The translations under genes and the position numbers were made by a program. Positions 36,626 through 46,244 of a stretch of 64,000 bases of DNA are shown one piece after another. The notes beneath the pieces are model-generated. The model was given only the letters and a program-made list of their open reading frames with translations. It had not been told where the DNA came from and did no database searches. How positions within the stretch are numbered: the first letter of the stretch is position 1; the number at the start of each line of letters is the position of its first letter. Origin of the DNA: Roseburia sp. (lineage in GTDB: Bacteria > Bacillota > Clostridia > Lachnospirales > Lachnospiraceae); contig JAMPFV010000002.1 of assembly GCA_023664265.1 (NCBI GenBank), positions 27,223 to 91,222 of the forward strand, given 5' to 3'.

Positions 36626-36669
36626 TAAGAGTGCGGGGCAGAGATTTATTAACAGGGAGAAAGGCTTGA

Positions 36670-37992
36670 TTGGCGGAGATGGAACGGGAAGAAATCGCGA
36701 TTGCGGTAGAAAATGTATGCAAGGTATATAAGCTGTATGACAGACCGATGGACAGGATGAAGGAGGCCTTGGGGCTGACGAGAAAGAAGAAATACCGCGA
36801 GCACTTCGCGCTCTCCGACGTGAGCTTTGACATCCGGCAGGGGGAATGCGTGGGCATTATCGGTACGAACGGCTCAGGCAAGTCCACGATTCTCAAGATA
36901 ATAACGGGCGTTCTCAATCAGACCTCCGGGACGGTGCGCGTCAACGGCAGGATTTCCGCACTGCTCGAGCTTGGCGCGGGCTTTAACATGGAATATTCCG
37001 GCATGGAGAATATCTATCTGAACGGCACGATGAACGGTTTCTCGGAAAATGAGATTAACGGGCGGCTGCAGGACATTCTCGATTTTGCGGATATCGGGGA
37101 CTATGTGCACCAGCCGGTGAAGACCTACTCGAGTGGTATGTTCGTGCGTCTGGCGTTCTCGGTGGCGATTAACATCGACCCTGAGATTTTGATCGTGGAT
37201 GAGGCGCTGTCGGTGGGCGACGTGTTTTTCCAGGCAAAGTGCTATCACAAGTTTGAGGAATTTAAGAAGATGGGCAAGACGATCATTATCGTGAGCCATG
37301 ACTTGAGCAGTATCGCGAAATACTGCGACAGGGTCATCCTGCTGAATCAGGGCGTGAAGCTCGGCGAGGGGCTTCCCAAGGATATGATCGACGATTTCAA
37401 GCGCGTGCTGGTCGGGCAGTATGAGCTGCCGGAGGAGAAGTCGAAGCAGAGTCTCCTAAATGATGAGGCGGTTCAGGAGGCAGTGCTGGCCAAGAGTGCG
37501 GCACAGCAGAAGAAAAAGAACGCGGGGCAGGCGGACACAAGGACATTGGAATACGGCACGAGGGATGCCGTGATCGAGGAATTTTATGTGACGGACGACA
37601 GAGGTGTGCGCACCAACGCTGTTATGAAGGGCGCGGAGTTTGCGATACACATGCGCGTGCGGTTTGAGAATGCGCTGCCCGCGCCGATATTCGCCTTTTC
37701 CTTTAAGACGGCGAAGGGGACGGAGATTACCGGCACGAACACCATGTTTGAGAAGGCGTTTCTGGATTCTGTCGAGGCCGGTGCGGTGAAGGAGGTCAGC
37801 TTCACGCAGAAGATGTCCCTTCAGGGCGGGGAATATCTGCTCTCATTTGGCGTCACGGGGTATGACGGGAATGATTTTCAGGTGTACCACAGGCTGTATG
37901 ACGCGCTGGACGTGACGGTGATTTCCGACAAGAACACCGTCGGATATTATGATATGGACTCCGCGGTTGTGGTGCGGGACGTACAGCCCTGA
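36670..37992 (+). CDS. ABC exporter ATPase (Wzt/TagH-like) with a C-terminal beta-sandwich (Wzt_C-like) domain
   Basis: Walker A GTNGSGKST, signature YSSGM and Walker B ILIVDEAL. After the linker SAAQQKKKNAGQAD comes a module of about 150 aa (EEFYVTDDRG...GGEYLLSFGV...YHRLYDALDVTV). Start is TTG 36670 or ATG 36679. Confidence 0.85.
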   Translation: MAEMEREEIAIAVENVCKVYKLYDRPMDRMKEALGLTRKKKYREHFALSDVSFDIRQGECVGIIGTNGSGKSTILKIITGVLNQTSGTVRVNGRISALLELGAGFNMEYSGMENIYLNGTMNGFSENEINGRLQDILDFADIGDYVHQPVKTYSSGMFVRLAFSVAINIDPEILIVDEALSVGDVFFQAKCYHKFEEFKKMGKTIIIVSHDLSSIAKYCDRVILLNQGVKLGEGLPKDMIDDFKRVLVGQYELPEEKSKQSLLNDEAVQEAVLAKSAAQQKKKNAGQADTRTLEYGTRDAVIEEFYVTDDRGVRTNAVMKGAEFAIHMRVRFENALPAPIFAFSFKTAKGTEITGTNTMFEKAFLDSVEAGAVKEVSFTQKMSLQGGEYLLSFGVTGYDGNDFQVYHRLYDALDVTVISDKNTVGYYDMDSAVVVRDVQP

Positions 37993-38033
37993 GGCTTTGC
38001 GGCGTGGAGGCGGTGGGAATCAGGAGGAGAGGA

Positions 38034-40112
38034 ATGGCAGACAAGCAGGAAAAAATAGGGAAGGTGGTACTGGATCTGACCTGTTATCCGGGGGAGGATA
38101 TCTATACGGACGGGGCGATTGAGGATGAGATGTTGGAAATCGTAAAGAACAATGCGCCGGAGGCCTTTCCGGAGATTATTGAGCAGAAAAAGAGCTGGCC
38201 GATATTCTATCATCTGTCCGAATTTCGTCCGAATATCATCAACTGGCTGCCCTTTAAGAGGACGGACAGGGTTCTGGAAATCGGCGCGGGCTGCGGCGCA
38301 ATAACGGGCGCTTTGGCAGAGCGCGCGGGCCGTGTGACCTGCATTGATCTGTCCAAGAAGAGAAGCCTTATCAATGCCTACAGGAATCGGGAGCGGGAAA
38401 ACATCACGATCATGGTGGGCAATTTCAAGGATATTGAGCCGCTGCTTCCGGAGGATTTCGACTATGTGCTCCTGATCGGCGTGTTTGAGTACGGGCAGGC
38501 TTATATCGGCGGGGATACACCGTACGAGGACTTTATGCGCATCTGCAACCGTCACCGGAGCGATTCGGGGCGCATGGTCATCGCGATCGAGAACAAATTC
38601 GGCCTCAAGTATTGGGCGGGCTGCAGAGAGGATCATCTGGGCACCTACTTTTCGGGGCTTGAGGGGTATCGGGAGGGCGGAAGCGCCCGCACCTTTACGC
38701 GGCATGGCTTGGAAAACATTCTGCGCCGGGCGGGGATTGCGGAATACGCCTTCTATTATCCGTATCCGGATTATAAGTTTATGACGACGATTTACTCTGA
38801 CCGGTATCTGCCCCGCAAGGGCGAGCTTTGCAATAATCTCAGGAATTTCGATAGAGAACGAGTGTTATTATTTGACGAGAAGCAGGTGTTTGACCAGATT
38901 ATAGAGGAGGAGGAGTTCCCGCTGTTCTCCAATTCCTATCTGCTGTTGGTTGGCGGTGCGCCCGAGGTGGTGTACGCGAAGTTTTCCAATGACCGGAGCC
39001 GTGATAAGGCGATCCGGACCGCCATCGTGCAGGAGCCGGGGGGCGGACTGCATGTGGAGAAGCTGCCGGACACGACCGCGGCGCGCGGGCATATCGAGGA
39101 TACCTATCGGGCTTATGAGCTGCTCTCGAAACGGTATGAGGGCACGAAGGTCACCATCAACCGCTGTCGCCGGATGGGCGGGGATGCCGACGCGGGGCTG
39201 GCTTTTGCGTTCTGTAACGGCACGACGCTGGAGGGGATGCTCGACGCATGTCTGACCAAGGGGGACATGGAGGGCTTTGAGCGGCTGATCGCGGAGTACA
39301 TGGAATGGCTGCGCTATAACGAGGAGACGGCCGGCGTCAGCAATGTGGATTTTATTTTCCCGAATATCCTGATAGAGGGCGACCGCTGGCATGTGATCGA
39401 CTATGAGTGGACCTTTGAGAAGCATATCCCCGCGGAGGCTATCGCGTTCCGGGCGTTTTATACCTACATGCTGGGGAGCGAGAGCCGGAGAGCCTGTGGG
39501 GAGCTGCTGATGGGCCGGACGCTTGGCTTTACGCAGGAGCGGATACAGGCGGGAATTGCGGCGGAGCAGGAGTTCCAGCGCTATGTGGGCGGCGCGGGCG
39601 CGTCGGTCAGCGCGATGCGGGAGCTGATAGGGAATCGGGCCTATGAGCTTGCGGGAATGCTGGAATACTGCGTTTACGCGGACAGTAAATTTTCGGCGAA
39701 AATATATATTGATTACGGGGAGGGCGGCTTCAGTGAGGAGCGTTCCGTCACCTTTAAGGACTGCTATGTGGAGGAGCGCAGGCTGAGCCTCGCGTTCGAT
39801 ATTCCGGAGGGGGCGGTTCGGCTTCGCATTGACCCGTGCTCCTATGTGTGCGCGGTGGAGCTTGTCCGAATCGCGGTGGATGAGACGCCGTATACATGGG
39901 ACATGATAGAGACGAACGGCGTCCTGCAGGCCTGCGGCTGGCTCGTGTTTGACAACGCGGATCCGAATCTGACTGTTTCCGTTGCGGGCGGCGGGCATCT
40001 GACCGTGGAGCTGGAGGTCTTAGAGCTGCCCGAGGCGCTGGCGAAGCAGCTGACGGCTTCCGCGGCGCGGGAGAACGTCTTTTCCAAGGCAAAGCGGTTT
40101 TTGAATTTATAG
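38034..40112 (+). CDS. SAM-dependent methyltransferase fused to a kinase-fold domain and a beta-rich C-terminal module (WbdD-like domain order)
   Basis: ATG at 38034 after the RBS aggaggaga. Motif I is VLEIGAGCGAITG. Downstream lie VVYAKFS, VDFIFPNILIEG (D-x4-N) and HVIDYEWTF, spaced as in APH/choline-kinase folds. The last 160 aa or so are beta-rich. Confidence 0.6.
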   Translation: MADKQEKIGKVVLDLTCYPGEDIYTDGAIEDEMLEIVKNNAPEAFPEIIEQKKSWPIFYHLSEFRPNIINWLPFKRTDRVLEIGAGCGAITGALAERAGRVTCIDLSKKRSLINAYRNRERENITIMVGNFKDIEPLLPEDFDYVLLIGVFEYGQAYIGGDTPYEDFMRICNRHRSDSGRMVIAIENKFGLKYWAGCREDHLGTYFSGLEGYREGGSARTFTRHGLENILRRAGIAEYAFYYPYPDYKFMTTIYSDRYLPRKGELCNNLRNFDRERVLLFDEKQVFDQIIEEEEFPLFSNSYLLLVGGAPEVVYAKFSNDRSRDKAIRTAIVQEPGGGLHVEKLPDTTAARGHIEDTYRAYELLSKRYEGTKVTINRCRRMGGDADAGLAFAFCNGTTLEGMLDACLTKGDMEGFERLIAEYMEWLRYNEETAGVSNVDFIFPNILIEGDRWHVIDYEWTFEKHIPAEAIAFRAFYTYMLGSESRRACGELLMGRTLGFTQERIQAGIAAEQEFQRYVGGAGASVSAMRELIGNRAYELAGMLEYCVYADSKFSAKIYIDYGEGGFSEERSVTFKDCYVEERRLSLAFDIPEGAVRLRIDPCSYVCAVELVRIAVDETPYTWDMIETNGVLQACGWLVFDNADPNLTVSVAGGGHLTVELEVLELPEALAKQLTASAARENVFSKAKRFLNL

Positions 40113-40122
40113 GATTTGGGGC

Positions 40123-42210
40123 TTGGTGCGAATTATGATAAGTAGGATAAAAACAGCGATTCAGGACAAGTTATATGAGAACTGCATTACGGAGTACCAG
40201 AGGGAGCTGCGCTGCCAGACGGATCCTTATTTGGTGTGGATCAAGGAGAATGAGCGGACGGACGACGGGAGCACGGAGGAGTCCTATCCGTCGCTGGGCG
40301 TTGTGTATATGGAGCAGTGCACGGCGGACTTCTCGCTGGAGTCCATCGGGAAGGAATATATTGTCTTTGTGTCGGGGAACGGGAAGATTTCGGTCAATGC
40401 CTTTCGGGAGATTATGAAGTATTTTGACAGCCATGAGGCGGTTGACGTGCTTTATGCCGACGAGGATGTGTGGATGCTGCCCGAGGAGGGCACCGACGAT
40501 ATGGAGGGGCGCGTGCTGTCCAAGGAGGCGGACGACGAGCTGGTGCACCGCACCTATCCGTGGACAAAGCCGATGTGGTCGCCGGACACGCTGTTTTCGT
40601 TCTTTTATTTTGGCAATATTTTTGCGGTCAGGAGAAAGGCTCTCGCGTCCATCCAATGGCTGGGAAATGAGGACTACCGCAAGAATATCTATGATTTTGC
40701 CCTGAAGGCGACAGAGTCCGGAAAGCGCGTGGGGCATATTGAGAAAATTTTGTTCCATGCGTTTGAGCAGGGGAGGAACCGGGAGGAAATCGAGGAGCGC
40801 CTGATGCACAAGACGGACTATATCGGTGTGGGGCCGTCCTATGACTTTATCCGCAAGGCCGCCATGGACCGGCGCGGACAGCAGGGACGGATGTTTCTCG
40901 ACAGCATGACGGGAATCACCTATCCCGTCTATGACGCGCCCGAAAATCCCTGCGTCAGCATCATCATTCCGTCGAAGGACAACTCCGCCGTGCTGAAGCA
41001 GTGCATCGCATCGATTTACGCGCACACGGCGTACAAGAATTTTGAGGTGATCGTGGTAGATAACGGCAGTACGGCACAGACGCGCATTCGGACGGAGAAT
41101 TTTCGGGAGAGCTATGCCTTTACTTATATTTACAAGCCGATGGAGTTCAATTTCTCCGTGATGTGCAACCTCGGCGTTGAGCGCGCCAAGGGTGAATTTA
41201 TCCTGCTCTTGAATGACGATATGGAGGTCGTTGAGGACTCCTGGCTGACGAGGATGCTCGGACAGGCGGCGCTTCCGCATGTGGGAGCGGTCGGCGCGAA
41301 GCTGCTGTACCCGCAGTCGGCGCTGATACAGCATGTGGGCGTGACGAACACCGTTTCCGGTCCGGGGCATAAGCTGAAAAAGATGGATGACACGGTTTCC
41401 TACTATTACGGCAGGAACCGGTTTGTGTATGACATGATCGGCGTGACGGGGGCCTGTCTTCTGATGCGCAAGAGCTATTATGTCGCGATGGGCGGCCTCT
41501 ATAAGGATCTCCGTGTGGCGTATAACGACGTGGATCTGTGCTTCCGGCTCTGCATGAAGGGGCTGTATAACGTACAGCGCAATGACGTGGTGCTGTATCA
41601 CCATGAGTCCCTGAGCCGCGGTGACGACATGCAGGACAAGGAGAAGCTGAAGCGTCTGGGCAATGAGAAGGATATACTCTACCGCCGGCACAGGAGGTTC
41701 TATCAACAGGATCCCTTTATCGGGACGCTGATGAACAGCGGGGATCCGGAATATCGCTGTCGCTGGCTGGAGGGCTATGAGTTCGCCGGCATGAGAGGCT
41801 ATGACGAGGGGCTGCAGGAGGGCAGGCCGCTTCCGAATGAGCGGAAGATGAACCAGGCGATTATGGTTGTGGTGGAGGATTGCCGCAAGGAGAAATACAC
41901 CCAGAAATCCTACTATCTGATAAAGGGCTGGGCCTATGTGCCGGGAGCCGATAACGCCCGTTATAAATTCAAGGTGCTGTTTCAGAATATGTTGGGGGAC
42001 GTCTGGGAGATGCCGGTGCAGAGGCGTTACCGCAAGGATGTTGCGGCCATTCTGCCGGGGGAGACAAATGTGGAGATGACGGGCTTTTGCAGTTGGATTT
42101 TTGACGGCGTTCTGCCGCCGGGAACCTATGAGCTTTGGATGACGGCCAAGGATAGCTGTTCGAGACAGCGCCTCTATCGGAAGATGAACAAGCGGTTGGT
42201 GATAGATTAA
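40123..42210 (+). CDS. Multidomain GT2 glycosyltransferase (N-terminal YADED domain + GT2 + C-terminal beta module)
   Basis: VLYADEDVW, VSIIIPSKDN...VIVVDNGS, LLLNDDMEV, HVGAVGAKLLYP and YHHESLSRG. Alternative ATG at 40135. Confidence 0.8.
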   Translation: MVRIMISRIKTAIQDKLYENCITEYQRELRCQTDPYLVWIKENERTDDGSTEESYPSLGVVYMEQCTADFSLESIGKEYIVFVSGNGKISVNAFREIMKYFDSHEAVDVLYADEDVWMLPEEGTDDMEGRVLSKEADDELVHRTYPWTKPMWSPDTLFSFFYFGNIFAVRRKALASIQWLGNEDYRKNIYDFALKATESGKRVGHIEKILFHAFEQGRNREEIEERLMHKTDYIGVGPSYDFIRKAAMDRRGQQGRMFLDSMTGITYPVYDAPENPCVSIIIPSKDNSAVLKQCIASIYAHTAYKNFEVIVVDNGSTAQTRIRTENFRESYAFTYIYKPMEFNFSVMCNLGVERAKGEFILLLNDDMEVVEDSWLTRMLGQAALPHVGAVGAKLLYPQSALIQHVGVTNTVSGPGHKLKKMDDTVSYYYGRNRFVYDMIGVTGACLLMRKSYYVAMGGLYKDLRVAYNDVDLCFRLCMKGLYNVQRNDVVLYHHESLSRGDDMQDKEKLKRLGNEKDILYRRHRRFYQQDPFIGTLMNSGDPEYRCRWLEGYEFAGMRGYDEGLQEGRPLPNERKMNQAIMVVVEDCRKEKYTQKSYYLIKGWAYVPGADNARYKFKVLFQNMLGDVWEMPVQRRYRKDVAAILPGETNVEMTGFCSWIFDGVLPPGTYELWMTAKDSCSRQRLYRKMNKRLVID

Positions 42211-42212
42211 AG

Positions 42213-44234
42213 ATGAGGGGGCTGGCGATGAATTATCAGGAAGCGCTGTTTGCGCAATATACGCCTTATCTGCAATGGCTCTCGGAGCAGAGACAACAGG
42301 AGGACGGTACGGAGACGGGGGAGCGTGTCCGCATACTTCCCTTTTCCTCGTGCATGGAGCCGGCCGGGACGCTTGCGGACGGCAGCCGGGCGGAGGCGGA
42401 TGATATATATATATTCATAAACAGGGACGGCAGAATGGAGGCGCACGCGCCGGCGGAAATCGCGCGGGCCTTTGCGCGTCATCCGGAGGCGGCGCTGGTC
42501 TACGCGGACGAGGATTATTTCGGTACGCTGCGGGAGCTGTATGGAATTGAGGAGGAGCGGTTTGACGCGTCGATTTTGGAACGCTATCAGGACGCCGGGA
42601 CGGGACTTTACAGGGGAGCGCCATGGTTTAAGCCGGACTTTTCACCGGATACGCTGCGCTCCTTTTTCTATATCGGGGGGATATTCGCAATCAGAGGAGC
42701 TGTCCTGCGGCGCGTATGGCAGCCGGAAAAGAGCCTGTATGAGCTGGTGACGGCGATAGCGGAGCTTGCGGGATTTGGCCGCCGAATGGAAATCATACAT
42801 CTGCCGCAGGTGCTTTACACCAATCTGCGGCTGTCGGACAGCGGGACACTGGCAGGCGCCGGCGCACTGTCCGAGAAAACGGAGCTGTCCGCGGCAAAGG
42901 ATACGGTATCCGTCATCATACCGAGCAGGAATCACAGCGGCGTTCTGGAGCGGTGTCTGCGGACGCTCACGGCCGGCACGGAGGCGGTTTCCTATGAGCT
43001 GATCATTGTGGATAACGGCAGTGACGCTCCGGAGAGGGCGCGGCTGGAGCGGCTTTTTGATGAGCTCAGGGAGAGCCGTGCGGGACTGTGCCTGACATAT
43101 CTGTATGAGGAAAGTCCCTTTAATTTTTCGAGGATGTGCAATCAGGGCGCCCGCAGGGCGGCCGGGGATTATCTGCTGTTTTTGAATGACGATATCGAGG
43201 TCATCCGGCCCGACTGGCTGACAAACATGCTGCAATCGGCGCGGCAGAGGCATGTCGGGGCAGTGGGCGCAAAGCTTCTGTATCCGGACAGGGAGGGCGG
43301 AGCGGCCCGATACCACACGATACAGCATGTGGGGATTACCAATATGGCCATCGGTCCGGCGCACAAGCTGGGAGGGATGGAGGACAAGGGGTGTCTGTAT
43401 CACGGACATAATCTTGTCACTTATGACATGCTCGCGGTGACGGCGGCCTGTCTGCTGATTGCGCGGGACAAATTCGAGCTTGCGGGCGGCTTTGACGAGG
43501 AGCTTGCAATTGCGTACAATGACGTGTCCCTCTGCTTCCGGCTGTACGAGAACGGCCTCTTTAACGTTCTTCGGAATGACGCGGCGCTGTACCACCATGA
43601 ATCCCTGAGCCGCGGGCAGGATACTTCTCCGGAAAAGCAGGAGCGCCTGAAACGGGAGTTGGAACGCCTGTATAAAAAACATCCGCAATTAAAAGGAAAG
43701 GATCCCTTCTACAGCCCGCATCTGGTACAGTGGAAAAAGGATGTGCGGTATTGCACCGGCTATCTGTATGACTGTGACAGGCCGGTCACGCCGAAAAGGC
43801 TGAGCGGAAGAGCCGTGAGGGCGCTGCCGAGGGAGCACACGCAGCCCTATGTGAGGAAGCTCACGGGAGAGAGTCTTGTGATGCTCTCGATTGACGATAT
43901 TGTGTCGGATACGCAGGTCGTGATAACCGGCTGGTATGCGCTGAGAAGGCACGACAATGCCCTTGTCGATGGGAGGCTCCTGCTGCGCGATATAAATAAC
44001 AATAGTAATGTTTATGTACTGCCGATTCATCCGCAGCTGCGGGAGGATGTTCCGGAGCTGTTCCGGCAGGAGACAGGGCGAAGACGGACGATTCATATGG
44101 AGCTTTCCGGAATACAGGTGATATTTAACCGGACGGATTTGCCGGAGGGATGTTATGAGGTCGGTATTCTGATAAAGAAAAGCAGATGTTATATAAAGTG
44201 GAGCGGGCAGCCTGTGGAATGCCGGCGGCAATAG
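42213..44234 (+). CDS. Multidomain GT2 glycosyltransferase, paralog of 40123-42210
   Basis: Same motif order: VYADEDYF, VSVIIPSRNH...LIIVDNGS, LFLNDDIEV, HVGAVGAKLLYP and YHHESLSRG. Confidence 0.8.
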   Translation: MRGLAMNYQEALFAQYTPYLQWLSEQRQQEDGTETGERVRILPFSSCMEPAGTLADGSRAEADDIYIFINRDGRMEAHAPAEIARAFARHPEAALVYADEDYFGTLRELYGIEEERFDASILERYQDAGTGLYRGAPWFKPDFSPDTLRSFFYIGGIFAIRGAVLRRVWQPEKSLYELVTAIAELAGFGRRMEIIHLPQVLYTNLRLSDSGTLAGAGALSEKTELSAAKDTVSVIIPSRNHSGVLERCLRTLTAGTEAVSYELIIVDNGSDAPERARLERLFDELRESRAGLCLTYLYEESPFNFSRMCNQGARRAAGDYLLFLNDDIEVIRPDWLTNMLQSARQRHVGAVGAKLLYPDREGGAARYHTIQHVGITNMAIGPAHKLGGMEDKGCLYHGHNLVTYDMLAVTAACLLIARDKFELAGGFDEELAIAYNDVSLCFRLYENGLFNVLRNDAALYHHESLSRGQDTSPEKQERLKRELERLYKKHPQLKGKDPFYSPHLVQWKKDVRYCTGYLYDCDRPVTPKRLSGRAVRALPREHTQPYVRKLTGESLVMLSIDDIVSDTQVVITGWYALRRHDNALVDGRLLLRDINNNSNVYVLPIHPQLREDVPELFRQETGRRRTIHMELSGIQVIFNRTDLPEGCYEVGILIKKSRCYIKWSGQPVECRRQ

Positions 44235-44249
44235 GAGAGGAATACGGTT

Positions 44250-46244
44250 ATGGAGAACGAAAAGCAAAATCAGAATCAGAACTTGTCTGAGGCGGAATTT
44301 TACAGGCAGGCCTACGAGCAGGAGAAGGCGCGCGCCGCATCTCTGGCGGGAAGGCTTGCCGATGCCAGAAATGAGGCGGACAATCTGCAGTCTCAGCTGG
44401 ACCGCATCAAGAAGAATCCCATCTGGAAGGCGAGTAAGCCGCTCCGCGCAGGAATGCACTGGGGGATTCGCAATTACAGGAGAGTTCGCAATCTGGGCGG
44501 CCCCAAGGGAATCGCAAGGAAGCTGCGCCAGAAGAAAATCGAGGCACAGGCGAAGAAGCTCCACGGCACGGCGAGCTTCCCGACGCCGGAGGAGGCGCAG
44601 CGTCAGCGCACGGCGGTGTTTGAGCGGATGGTGAAGATCAGCATTCTGGTCCCGCTGTGGAACACACCGCTCCCGTTTCTGGAGGAGATGATCGGCTCTG
44701 TGCAGGCGCAGACGTACCGGAACTGGGAGCTGTGTCTGGCCGATGGATCCGACAGCGCGCACAATGAGGTGGAGGAGCGCTGCCGCGCCTATGCGGAGAA
44801 GGACGCGCGGATTGTCTACAAAAGATTGGAGAAGAATGAGGGGATTTCAGGGAACACAAACAGGTGTTATGAGATGGCGACGGGCGAGTATATCGGTCTG
44901 TTCGACCATGACGACGTGCTGCATCCGGCGGCGCTGTATGAGTATGTGAAGGTGATCAACGAGCAGGGCGCGGATTACATCTATTGTGATGAGACGACTT
45001 TCAAGGGGGACAGCATCAACAACATGATCACGCTGCATTTTAAGCCGGACTATGCGATTGACAATCTGCGCGCCAACAATTATATCTGCCATTTCAGCGT
45101 GTTCGCGCGGACGCTGTTGGAGGGGACGGAGCTGTTTCGGAGCGGCTTCGACGGCAGTCAGGACCACGATATGATTCTGCGCCTCACAAGCAATGCGAAG
45201 AAGGTGGTGCATGTGCCCAAGCTTTTGTATTATTGGCGTTCCCACAAGGGCAGCACGGCGAGCGATATCAGCGCGAAGCCCTACGCCATAGCGGCGGCGA
45301 AAGGCGCGGTGGCGGATCACCTGACGAAGAGCGGTTTCAAGAACTTCGAGCTCAAGAGCACGCGCGCGTTTGACACCATATTTGAGATTAAATATGAAAT
45401 TCTCAGGGAGGATAAGATCTCGATTCTGATACCGAACAAGGATCATATCGACGATTTGCGGCGCTGCATCGATTCCATTAAGAGCCGGTCAACGTATGAG
45501 AACTATGAGATTATCATTATCGAGAACAACAGTGAGGAGAAGGCGACCTTCGATTACTATCAGACGTTGGAGGACGACGATAAAATAACGGTAATTACTT
45601 ATAAGGGGCCGTTCAATTATTCCCGAATCAACAACTTCGGCGCGCGCGCCGCCACGGGAGAATATCTACTGTTATTAAATAATGACACGCAGGTCATCAC
45701 GATGAACTGGCTGGAGAACCTGCTGATGTACGCGCAGCGGCCGGACGTCGGCGCGGTGGGGGCAAAGCTCTATTATGGGAACCGCACGATACAGCACGCG
45801 GGGGTGGTGATCGGCCTTGGCGCGCACCGGACGGCGGGGCACACGCATTATAAGATTAACTATGACAATCTCGGCTATATGGGGCGGCTCTGCTATGCGC
45901 AGGACGTGTCGGCAGTGACGGGGGCGTGCCTGATGGTGAAGAAACGCCTCTTTGACGCGCTCGGCGGTCTGGACGAGACCTTTGAGATTGCGCTGAATGA
46001 TGTGGACTTCTGTCTGCGTCTGCGGGAGCAGGGGTATCTGAATGTGTTTACGCCGTTTGCGGAGCTGTATCACTTTGAGTCCGCCTCCCGCGGGAGTGAC
46101 GTGGTGGACGAGGAGAAGGCGAAGCGCTATGAGGAGGAGTCGGAGCGGTTTCGGACGAAGTGGCGCCGGGCGCTTGAGAAGGGCGACCCGTACTATAATC
46201 CGAACTTCTCGCTGGATTACAGCGATTATTCGCTGCGGGTGTGA
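44250..46244 (+). CDS. Tandem double-GT2 glycosyltransferase with an N-terminal coiled-coil segment
   Basis: N-terminus AEFYRQAYEQEKARAASLAGRLADARNEADNLQSQLDRIKKNP. GT2 domain 1: ISILVPLWNT...LCLADGSD...LFDHDD...YCDET. GT2 domain 2: ISILIPNKDH...IIIIENNS...LLLNNDT...YHFESASRG. Confidence 0.8.
   Translation: MENEKQNQNQNLSEAEFYRQAYEQEKARAASLAGRLADARNEADNLQSQLDRIKKNPIWKASKPLRAGMHWGIRNYRRVRNLGGPKGIARKLRQKKIEAQAKKLHGTASFPTPEEAQRQRTAVFERMVKISILVPLWNTPLPFLEEMIGSVQAQTYRNWELCLADGSDSAHNEVEERCRAYAEKDARIVYKRLEKNEGISGNTNRCYEMATGEYIGLFDHDDVLHPAALYEYVKVINEQGADYIYCDETTFKGDSINNMITLHFKPDYAIDNLRANNYICHFSVFARTLLEGTELFRSGFDGSQDHDMILRLTSNAKKVVHVPKLLYYWRSHKGSTASDISAKPYAIAAAKGAVADHLTKSGFKNFELKSTRAFDTIFEIKYEILREDKISILIPNKDHIDDLRRCIDSIKSRSTYENYEIIIIENNSEEKATFDYYQTLEDDDKITVITYKGPFNYSRINNFGARAATGEYLLLLNNDTQVITMNWLENLLMYAQRPDVGAVGAKLYYGNRTIQHAGVVIGLGAHRTAGHTHYKINYDNLGYMGRLCYAQDVSAVTGACLMVKKRLFDALGGLDETFEIALNDVDFCLRLREQGYLNVFTPFAELYHFESASRGSDVVDEEKAKRYEEESERFRTKWRRALEKGDPYYNPNFSLDYSDYSLRV

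Noticed and set aside
38034-40112. The methyltransferases at 38034 and 61371 as possible restriction-modification or other defence components.
   Set aside because: Neither has DNA-methyltransferase catalytic motifs (DPPY/NPPY or PC-type), a target-recognition domain or an adjacent nuclease. The context is polysaccharide synthesis for 38034 and housekeeping for 61371.
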